Part shown: positions 41,756 through 52,342 of the stretch, piece by piece
Layout: each line of letters opens with the position of its first letter
Numbering within the stretch: the stretch's first letter is position 1
NCBI GenBank assembly: GCA_951406725.2
Contig: OX597821.1
Span: forward strand, 72,788,001-72,852,000
DNA length: 64,000 nt
Direction of reading: 5' to 3'
Source: Octopus vulgaris
Lineage: Eukaryota
Position numbers and translations under genes: made by a program
The notes under the pieces: model-generated
The model's database searches: none
What the model was told of the DNA's origin: nothing
The model's input: only the letters and a program-made list of their open reading frames with translations

Positions 41756-41847
41756 CATCTTACGATCGTTTCACAGAAGAGTTGTCCCTATGATGAAATC
41801 CTATATTGATAAGCATTTATAGACAACGCTTCTGCTCTTCAGAGATA
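41756..41847 (-). ncRNA. type I hammerhead with extended stem II
   Basis: tatct CTGAAGA gcagaag cgttgtc...gacaac tcttctgt GAAAC gatc GTA agatg. Confidence 0.8.
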
Positions 41848-41907
41848 TAAAATTTGAATTCTGTATAACATATCGAATGGTAGTTTTTAAAAAAAAATTT
41901 GAAGTAA

Positions 41908-42898
41908 AACTTCAACACAGCCAAAGCATTCTATAGGGGATTAGTGGAGGGGAAGTACGACGAGGATCTCGGAGCGAACCTGGGCGTTGACGAGGAATAC
42001 CTGACCCGCCTGTTCAAGACGACTTTCGGGCCTGGACCTATGGACAACTTCCAGAGATCCCTGGCCTGGCAGTGCTACCGAGAAGCGCTACCCGTTCGAA
42101 ATAAGCTCTACAGACACGGCTCGAGAAACATGGGGCCGACCTGCCCGAGATGCGGTCAGAGCGACGAAACCGTTCTGCACGCACTCGTGCAGTGTCCAAC
42201 CATTTCCGACCTGTGGATTTATGTCGAACGACTGCTGTCACGTGTGGGACGAATCGGTTTATCAACTGAGTCTATCGTCAATATCGTCACGCCTCCTTCC
42301 TTCAAACGGGACGGAGGAGCTATTTTTATCATCCTTGTGGCTATGGCGAAAGAATGTATCTGGTGGACGCGTCTGAAAGGATTAGAGACAAACACTTCCT
42401 TCTCTGGTCAATCTTTTATCAACTTCTTCAAGTATCACTTGAAAAGGAAAGTGAGAGTAGAGAGGCAAATTTTGTCTAGCGAATTTAAAAAAAAAAAAGA
42501 TGGGTGAATGTAGCAAGGATGGCACGTATGAATGACGAAGCCAACTTGAGCATAATCCTATTCACTCGGAAAAATTTAAAGCAGAGAGTTACTTACTTGC
42601 AAATAGATATGTTAACATGTGACATTATTGACCGAGGTTACCGTGGTCTTTTCCATAGGCTTTTCTTTCCACGGATAAACCTTATCTGCTTCCCCCTTTA
42701 CACTTTACATCATGACATTTCTGTGATACACGATCCCTATTGATCGTTTTTTTTTCTCTTTTTACGATCCCTTTTGATCGAAAACCTATCCCCCTTTTTC
42801 TTTTCCTTTTTTCTTTTCATTCTTCCCCCCCCCCAAAGAAAAGCCCTACTTTGTAATTTGTCCCCTCTGTATTCAGCCCTGTGTGGTTAATAAAGAAA
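41908..42898 (+). mobile_element. 5'-truncated Tx1/L1-clade LINE (zf-RVT region and 3' UTR)
   Basis: ORF 41944-42507 contains LAWQCYREALPV...CPRCGQSDETVLHALVQC...W. The 3' UTR ends in aataaagaaa followed by (CATC)n. Confidence 0.85.
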
Positions 42899-42957
42899 CA
42901 CATCCATCCATCCATCCATCCATCCATCCATCCATCCATCCATCCATCCATCCATCC

Positions 42958-43025
<68 letters not shown>

Positions 43026-43155
43026 CTTTATACACATAACTATTTGCTTATTGAATTCAAAATTTTGAAAACGTAGTTTCTTGCATATTCAGAATCTCCG
43101 CATAGGAACCCGCTGAAAAATAAATCGGAAATGTGTATGTGCGCGCGCGTGCGTG

Positions 43156-43227
<72 letters not shown>

Positions 43228-43964
43228 AGAAATCTGACCATCGAATGTACTGTAAACTTCGATGTTGCAAGTTCATAAATCCTTGAACTGGGTCTCGCCT
43301 CAACAAAACATCAACGACGTCGTCACCACATTTCCCAGATGAGGATTGGATTCTACAATAGGTTAGAAGCCAAAGGATAAAAGCAGATCAAAATTTATAA
43401 AAGATATTCGTAGTATATACATTCATAATTTTAAACCAAAACTTGGATAATCCAAAGTGAGCAAAATCCCAGATGAACCAATGGATATTCCAGTAAAACC
43501 CGTTTCCTGGCTGCCGCGTCTGACTCCATTTTGTTCGCGTATCTTAAATCACTTTTCCCTCTGGAGATTCAGTCAACAAGTACGAGTATGACTAACAGAA
43601 TGATGTCTGCAATCATTGTTACGGTATGTTGTAAAGTCATTGAAGCCAAAACGATTATTATAGCCTGATATTTTCTTTGTTACTCTTAATCATTTAATTA
43701 CTATAATTACTAATGCTTGTATTCAGTTCTTATTGCTTTCGATAGCAGGCGATATTCACCCGAAGAACTTCCACTTGGATGGTTCCTGTCGATTCACTTC
43801 AACAATTCTTCAGCCGTCCTCAATCTGCGGTCCAAGATCTTCGCCCAATGTGCTACGTAGCAGTATGGAATCTGGCACCCTAAGGATCGTGTCTCGGACT
43901 GCTTCCTCCAAACTTTTCTTTATAGCTACCCAGAAAAATCACAATGGATGCCTTCTTGAGTAAA

Positions 43965-44185
43965 AGCGCCTGGCCGAGTGGTTAAGAATGTTGCGTTCAC
44001 AAGTACAAGATCGTGGTTTCGATTCCCGGACAAGCCGGCGCGTTATGTCCTTGAACAAGACTCTTCATTTCAGGCCACTCCAGTCTACGCAGCTGTAAAG
44101 GAGTATTCCTGCGACGGAAACCAAGTAATCGGCCATATGACTCCTAGAACTCGAGATAGTAATATGCAGAGGACTTCCTTTTAGT
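43965..44185 (+). mobile_element. tRNA-derived SINE
   Basis: A box tggccgagtggttaag, B box ggtttcgattcc, then gtccttgaacaagac. Confidence 0.7.
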
Positions 44186-44778
44186 TTTCTTATATATTTT
44201 TGAAGATTATGACACCTCGTGACATGAATACCAGTTCTAAATTATGAAGAACTATTTTTTAAAACAAAAGAAAAAAAAAAACCCAACGTGCACAAGCAAT
44301 TGCTTGTATTTACATGAAGTCGGTGTTTGTCAAAATTTATTAGAAAATTGAAGTCAAATATAAATTAAAATTCCAAACTAATTACGTAAAAATGATGTAA
44401 GGGAGACAACCGGAGTTTTTCCCCCTACAACTTGGTTGGTACGAACTCTGTCCTTTACAATATTCAGTGTGTGTTTGTGTGTGTGTATGTGGTGTGTGTG
44501 TGTGTGTGCGTGTGTGTGTACGTGCAAACACACACACGCGCGCACACACACATGCACGCGCACCCCAACTACACGTTTGCATATGCTCTTAGTCATACAC
44601 ATACTCATACCCTTACACACGTGTATAGTGTAGGAAACTGCGGGCGAGAAGTTCCCCAATGCCGAGGGGCGAGAATTGTTTATGGTCATATATATTCAAA
44701 TATGTGTGTATGCAAGTATGTATGTGTGTGTGAGTGTATATTATATATATTCATACATGTGTATATGCACATATGTAT

Positions 44779-45280
44779 ATGTGGAGAAGGATTGTGCTTG
44801 AGGGGACAGCTACTTTTGAGAAATCTCGAGTTGCGCATGAGAAAGTGAGGAGGGCTGTCAGGAAGGGCATCGCTGTTACACTTCCAAATGGGAAGGGTCT
44901 TCCTATAATGCTGACATGCAATGTCTATGCAAGACCCTGCCTCAGTAAAGCTGGACTCAAGAGTCATCTTCGTAGTCATAAAGCGAGACAGATGAGTGAC
45001 AACCTGGCCACTGGTGGTGGTGTAACACACCATACTAATCATATCTGTCGGGCATGTGGAAGAGAGTGTAATTCGGCAGGAGGACTTAAACGACATGCAA
45101 AGGTACATGAAGCCCAGTTACAACCACAGCCGGCTATTACTGGTAAAGGTTTTAGTTGCCAATTCTGTACAAGACATTGTAGATCTTTAGCTGGGCTAAA
45201 AAGTCATATTCGATCACAGTACCAATAACAGTTAAGCTTTCTGCAATGGCCATACTTGATAACGAGGTGGCAGCCATTAT
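44779..45280 (+). mobile_element. RTE-clade LINE 3' end encoding three C2H2-like fingers
   Basis: WRRIVLEG...FE..R....RR..RK followed by three C..C.R.C.S.AGLK.H repeats, stop at 45228, short 3' UTR. Confidence 0.75.
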
Positions 45281-45326
45281 GTATGTATATATATAAATAT
45301 ATATATTCAAATATGTGTGTATGCAC

Positions 45327-45362
<36 letters not shown>

Positions 45363-45564
45363 CAGTTTCTTTGGATTATATGCGGGTATTCTATTTCAGA
45401 TAATACAAAAAAAAAAAAAAAAGAAACCTAATGAGTATATCTGAAGGTAAACTCATGGTATCTATTTGCACATAACGAAATAATACTTTAAAGGACATAA
45501 CCAGTATACCAGGAGGGTATAAAATACACTTTCTTAATTAAAATTAAAATTATCAATTATGATG

Positions 45565-45594
45565 AAACTACTTGTGTTTCAGTATTGGAAGATT

Positions 45595-45651
<57 letters not shown>

Positions 45652-45673
45652 ACACACACAAATATATACATAC

Positions 45674-45711
<38 letters not shown>

Positions 45712-45754
45712 GCAATTATCAGATTTACAATTATTCCAACACATCTTCAGGTTC
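45565..45754 (-). ncRNA. hammerhead with a microsatellite in stem II
   Basis: gaac CTGAAGA t gtgttggaa...[TA/TATG]n...ttccaatac t GAAAC acaa GTA gttt. Confidence 0.65.
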
Positions 45755-46036
45755 TTTTTCAAAGTATTGTTAATTGAATTTTATTAAAAAATAATTGTTA
45801 AATTAAGCAATAAATTTTACATTAAAAATAAAAATTATTCTGATGTATAATTTTATATTTTATATTTTGTATTTGACAGGTTGATATATTTACTAATTCA
45901 TTTTTATAATGTGTAATTTATAAGTTTTAATTCTTAATATTAGTATAATTTTAATTTTTAATTTTTAATTTATTGCTTAATTTAACGCCTATTTTTTAAA
46001 AGGGATGTAAAATCAAATTAAAAATATTTTGAAAAA

Positions 46037-46077
46037 GAACCTGAAGATGTGTTTGAATAATTGTAAATCAGATGGAT

Positions 46078-46130
<53 letters not shown>

Positions 46131-46213
46131 ATACATTTGTGTATCATCATCATCATCATCATCATCGTATGTATATATATTGTAATCTTCCAATACTGAA
46201 ACATGTGTAGTTC
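46037..46213 (+). ncRNA. hammerhead with a microsatellite in stem II
   Basis: gaac CTGAAGA t gtgtttgaa...[TA/TG/CAT]n...ttccaatac t GAAAC atgt GTA gttc. Confidence 0.65.
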
Positions 46214-46619
46214 CATCATAATTAATAAATTTAAGTGTTAACTTAAGTAGGAGATAATTAAGGAAGCATATTTTATACCCAGCTGGTATACTGGTTATAT
46301 TCTTTAAAGCATTATTTTGTGATGTGCAAATGCATACCACGAGTTTACCTTCAGATATACTCATTAGGTTTCTTTTTTTTGTATTATCTGAAATAGAATA
46401 CCCACATATCTATTAATCCCCCAAAAAACTGAATTATTATTGACTTTTATTAGATACTTTTATAAGATATGATAAATAAGACCCAAAGTTACGACATGCA
46501 GATGCATGTAATGCTGAAGGGTTGTACCTGATTGATTTGGAAATTCGTTTTCCCAAATTATCTAAATACATATATATATATGTGTGTGTATATATATATA
46601 TCTATATATATATATATAT

Positions 46620-46970
46620 TGTGACGCATATTTGCCATTTGAATATGGCTAACCCCTAAGGGTGGATGCTACTGTAGTTTGTAGTCCCAGGAAGATATCT
46701 CCTCCAGCTGGCTATAGACACACTATCTGTGCCCTCTCAGTATTTGTGAAGGGAAGTCATCCTCTCCGTCTTCAACTCATGATACACACGGACTCGAGTT
46801 TCAAGGTGTTTACCTATCATCAGCATGTGACAATCATGGTTGTCGACGAGAAGTCAGCTCCCTATAGTGTGTCTATAGCCAGCTGGAGGAGATATCTTCC
46901 TGGGGCTACAAACTACAGTAGCATCCACCCTTAGGGGTTAGCCATATTCAAATGGCAAATATGCGTCACG
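46620..46970 (-). mobile_element. ~350-bp element with 106-bp inverted arms enclosing a hammerhead
   Basis: 46621-46726 versus 46864-46969 differ at one position; adjacent to (TA)n. Confidence 0.9.
46785..46829 (-). ncRNA. canonical type I hammerhead ribozyme
   Basis: cacatg CTGATGA t aggt-aaac-acct t GAAAC tcga GTC cgtgtg: 6-bp stem I, GUC cleavage triplet, palindromic stem III. Confidence 0.85.
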
Positions 46971-47075
46971 ATGTGTTACCGCTACCGTTTATAACTCGCT
47001 CTGAGATTTATCATTATATATATATATATATAAATTGTCAAAGAGGACAATAAACGTTGAGACAAGACAAACATA

Positions 47076-47463
47076 GGCGCAGGAGTGGCTGTGTGGTAAG
47101 TAGTTTGCTAACCAACCACATGGTTCCGGGTTCAGTCCCACTGCGTGGCATCTTGGGCAAGTGTCTTCTGCTATAGCCCCGGGCCGACCAATGCCTTGTG
47201 AGTGGATTTGGTAGACAGAAACTGAAAGAAGCCTGTCATATATATGTATATATATATGTGTATGTGTTTGTCCCCCTAGCATTGCTTGACAACCGATGCT
47301 GGTGTGTTTAAGTCCCTGTAACTTAGCGGTTCGGCAAAAGAGACCGATAGAATAAGTACTGGGCTTACAAAGAATAAGTCCCAGGGTCGATTTGCTCGAC
47401 TAAAGGCGGTGCTCCAGCATGGCCACAGTCAAATGACTGAAACAAGTAAAAGAGTAAAAAGAG
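47076..47463 (+). mobile_element. SINE family B, full length
   Basis: A box tggctgtgtggtaag, B box gggttcagtccc, central TA/TG tract, tail gaaacaagtaaaagagtaaa. Confidence 0.9.
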
Positions 47464-47505
47464 TATCTCAAGTCACATACGTTGTGATTGTTGGAAAAAT
47501 TCAAA

Positions 47506-47562
47506 GTATTACAGCTGTTTCTGAGATATCCCAAAGTATGGGATATTTCCGCCATCAGAGTC
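47506..47562 (-). ncRNA. degenerate hammerhead-like motif
   Basis: CTGATGG c..atatccca-tactt-tgggatat..a GAAAC agct GTA. A9G change and a poor stem I. Confidence 0.45.
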
Positions 47563-48240
47563 AAATGGGGAAAATTTGAAGGGTATAGATTAATGAAACG
47601 ATGACATGAAGGACAGGAGAAAAAGAATAAAGAAATGAAGAAAAAAGAAGCATAAAACTTCACAGTTCAACTGTCTGATAGTGTAGATGTTAGTCCATAA
47701 GTCCTTAGGTCCAATCCTTTGTAAATCCATGTATGGCTTTTGCCTTAATAGTGTAAAATAGTGTAAATATCCAGAGACAAACATGATCTAAACCCCATCA
47801 TTTGTGTGTGTATGTGTATATACATATGTATGTACGTACATACGTATGTATGTATGTATGTATGTATGTATGTACGTACGTATGTATGTATGTATGTATG
47901 TATGTATGTATGCATGCAGTGGTGGACTAGGTTTTAAAATATTGTTTGCCAAGAAACTAAGGAAGCCCACTCGCAACTACAATGCTATCATTTAATTTAA
48001 TTTTTTTGCTAAAAGTATTCTTTTCAACTGTCCACAAACACAGACAGGCTGAAATAATTAATGCATTCTTCCAGGAGTGAATAAAAAACTCTCAAACTTG
48101 AGGGGATGGGTTCCTTAGATACCAACATGGGTCCCCATATATGGATTCTAATGGCGCAGGGGCCCACTTGCCATCGAGTAAGTTGGCAACCTGGCCAGTC
48201 CGTCACTGTATGTATGTATGTATGTATGTATGTATGTATG

Positions 48241-48304
<64 letters not shown>

Positions 48305-48604
48305 TATGAAAAAATGATGTCTATGAAAAACAAGAATGAAAATGCTACTTTCTTAAAACTGAGTACATTTTAATTTTCCTTTTATATGAATACATTTACA
48401 TATTTCAGTTTTTGAAAAACCTTATCAAAAATATGTACTAAAATGGAATATGTAGAGAGAAAAGAGGTATTAATAAAATTAAAATTAAAATTAAATTTAA
48501 GATTAACATTCATAGTTTTCTTTTTCCATCAAGAGCACATGGTAATATTCGTTAGTTCTGGTAGCATGACAAGTTGAACTCACTGTGACCGCAAATTGCT
48601 GCTG

Positions 48605-48649
<45 letters not shown>

Positions 48650-48819
48650 TATATATATATATAGAGTGGTAAAATCTACAGACGGAGAAGAACATACTAC
48701 CACCATGTTTTTAATGATGAAATTAACCTCTCTGTCTATATAGCTACTCTCTTTGTAATGTTGGCAAATGAAATAAGTATAAGAATGTGCATTGTCCGTT
48801 TAATTAAAAAATTCTATAT

Positions 48820-48905
48820 GTGGCTGAAGATTGCTCGACATTTTAAAACTGATGTAATACCTACAGTGTTTAATAAAATGATGTAGCATGAAACGATTGT
48901 ACTAC
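48820..48905 (+). ncRNA. type I hammerhead with extended stem II
   Basis: gtgg CTGAAGA t tgct...agca t GAAAC gatt GTA ctac. Confidence 0.7.
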
Positions 48906-49313
48906 TCTACCTTGGATATCCTTGTTGCTTATTTTGATTATAATCACCCCATTTGATTTATATGGATCATACCATACGAAATTCTGGTGCCTTTAACTTA
49001 AGTACCATATTCCTCGGAATCTAAATTTATATATATATATATATATATACCAATTAAGGACTGAACACGAAAAGTGGACAGTCAACATGCTAGATATAGA
49101 CGTCAAATCGCCATTCACCACAAAAGATTATGTTCTCAGATCAAACTCAACACAAAACCATAGCAATAAACAAGTGAAAAATATACGAAATAAAATAATT
49201 ACCCATGTACTAATTAGTTTCAGCTGTTATTTTCCGCATACAGCTGTTATTTTTTTTTTTTTTAATATGCTAGACCACTGGTCTTAATTGATAAATATCA
49301 ATTTCTACCCTTA

Positions 49314-49382
<69 letters not shown>

Positions 49383-49510
49383 ATTATATATATACGTTAT
49401 ATAATTAGGGTTCAGTAAAATAATTTACTTTACTACACACGAACTTTTAGAAATTCTCTCTCCCTAAATATAATTTATATATATATATATATATATACTA
49501 TATATAGATA

Positions 49511-49640
<130 letters not shown>

Positions 49641-49794
49641 ATAAATACGATACAATAAAATTAATTATAATCGCCGGTGTACCAGTACACGCCATATATT
49701 ATACATATATCATTACATTCAAGGCGAAGAGTGCACTAGATACACAATAGCTGGATAAATTTAGTGAGATGAAAATTAAAAACTTTTACAAAAG

Positions 49795-49841
<47 letters not shown>

Positions 49842-50548
49842 TATTGCTGCCTGTACTGATTTATCTATAAGCCATGCGATGACAGACATGCACTCTGTAA
49901 TTTAGTGAATGTGTGGAGATGTGTCGAGGTGTATTCATGTGTGTGTGCATGTGTGTGTGAGTTTCTGTGTGGATGTGTGGGTTTAGGGTTAGATGTGGAT
50001 GTGTATGTTTTGCTTATGCGGTGTGGTGGAGGTCGGGCGGCTCTCAATTGACCAACCGTGAGGAAGATAATGATAATTTTAAATTCAAATCCAATAGTGT
50101 ATTTATGTCATAAGGAAAATTACTAACTGGAACCCGGACATATATATATACCGCTCTGGATCTTAATGTAAGCGTTATTAATTATATTATGAATAATAAT
50201 AATAGTAACATTAATGGCATTGACAACGATAATGATGCTAACTTTAATGACACTTTAGAAATTATTATGAAGTAATATAATGTACAATTGACTATGTATA
50301 TTTGCATCTAGGTACTAATTTGTGTATGTTTATTATCACAATATTAAGTCGAAAAACTGAGACATTGAATGTGGAACACATATATATGTTTACTAATTTA
50401 TATTATTTATTTATATAATTATGTATATGTATATTTTTATATGTATAGGAGTGTGAGTATATGCACTCATATGTATATATATATGTTGTATTATGGGTAT
50501 GCACCCACACCCATGTGGGTATATATGTAGACTGATTTATATTACATA

Positions 50549-50675
50549 ATCTCCGAAGAGGCCTTATGATATTTTTGTAAATGTCTCATTTATATCTATA
50601 TATTGACCAATCATAAAGGGCTAATATTGGTAAAATGAGACATACTTATCTACATGGCCGAAACAGCTGTAAGAT
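50549..50675 (+). ncRNA. type I hammerhead, U4C variant, long stem II
   Basis: atct CCGAAGA ggcc...(atgtctcattt/aaatgagacat inner stem)...ggcc GAAAC agct GTA agat. Confidence 0.7.
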
Positions 50676-51050
50676 GTAATCTATACTTATATTTATATTT
50701 ACTTATATTTATATTCTCTTTTATATATATTCTACTTATTATACAACATTACTCGTTTATGTACACTTTTGTATGTACATTTCTTGATGTACACTGATTT
50801 GTTCTGCTTTTTATATTTAACCCTACAGTCTTTTATGTGGTGGTTTAATAAAGTATGTGATTGAGTATTATCTGGTAATTGATATTTGATTTAGATGTAT
50901 TTCTCCATTTTCTTATCTTGTATTAGTAATTTGTGGTAAATCATTTTACATTTGCCCAACATTTATGTATTAATTTTGTTGGGTACTTCACTAGCAGTAT
51001 ATTGGATATATGTTATCCCATGGAGGGTTGCATTTACAACCCCTATCTCA

Positions 51051-51110
<60 letters not shown>

Positions 51111-51119
51111 GTATATATG

Positions 51120-51153
<34 letters not shown>

Positions 51154-51364
51154 TATACGCACATACATATACAAACACAGAACAGCATCTGCATAAAGAT
51201 ATAGAATTCATCAATTCATGATCACTTCCCAATATAATTCGATGGAACGCCTCTTAAAATTAGTCGAATCATTTGAGACAAACAGACAGACAGTCAGACG
51301 AACAGACAGACAGACAGACACACACATGCTTAATTTTCTCGTTACTGTCAATAAAACTGCTCGT

Positions 51365-51498
51365 TTTTGTTTCTCTAATTTCTTGTTATCTGGTGATAAA
51401 CGGAGTCATTTTAATCTGGTGTCGACGCAATAAAACCGAATAACAATTGGGAATAACAATTACAGAAGATGCTATCATCATTACACGGTCAAATGATT
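51365..51498 (+). repeat. dispersed ~125-bp repeat (second copy 62647-62767)
   Basis: ctaatttcttgtt...gcaataaaaccgaataac...cattacacggtcaaatgat is present twice. Confidence 0.8.
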
Positions 51499-51947
51499 CC
51501 CCCCCACATACACACATACACATACATTGACACACACACAAACACACACCACGAACTCATGTATACCTACACACATCTATTCATCTAAACACTATACATA
51601 TAAACACACACACACGCGTAAACACATACACACACATGCATGTAATATATAGGTTAGACATACATACATACATACTTTATACATACGTACGTATATACGC
51701 ATGTACACTTATAAAGGCATACACACATATAGAGAAATATATTATACATACATCCATGCTACCGACCGACAGAGATAGATGGACAGGCAGTTAGTCATAC
51801 ACACACTCACCCTAATATGGAGGGAAAAGGCCAAACTACGGTTGACCAGAATTAGTTTTTAATAAACAACCGTATTTTACTGTTTTAACATCATCATCGT
51901 CGTCGTCGTCATCATCATGATCATCATTTAGAGTTGTTGAAAATATT

Positions 51948-52342
51948 ATTTTCTATATTAGGTACAAGGCCTGAAATTTTTGAGGAGAGAGCCAGTCGAT
52001 TAGATCGACCCCAGTATGCAACTGGTACTTAATTTATCGACCCCGAAAGGATGAGAGGCAAAGTCGACCTCGGCGGAATTTGAACTCAGAACGTAAAGAC
52101 AGACGAAATACCTATTTCTTTACTACCAACAAGGGGCTAAACACAGAGGGGACAAACAAGGACAGAAAACGGATTAAGTCGATTATATTGACCCCAGTGC
52201 GTAACTGGTACTTATTTAATCGACCCCGAAAGGATGAAAAGCAAAGTCGACCTCGGCGGAATTTGAACTCAGAACGTAAAGACAGACGAAATACCGCTAA
52301 GCATCTCGCCCGGCGTGCTAACGTTTCTGCCAGCTCGCCGCC
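51948..52342 (-). mobile_element. dimeric SINE family A
   Basis: Two tandem bodies with different tails; outer TSD agttgttgaaaatatt. Confidence 0.85.

Larger units (their letters stand above)
45358..46436. repeat. diverged ~480-bp inverted duplication (Penelope pLTR-like)
   Basis: 45358-45840 is the reverse complement of ~45945-46436. Confidence 0.9.

Noticed and set aside
49201-49230. Minus-strand GAAAC-taatta-GTA half motif
   Set aside because: The 5' core is missing, so it is only a remnant.
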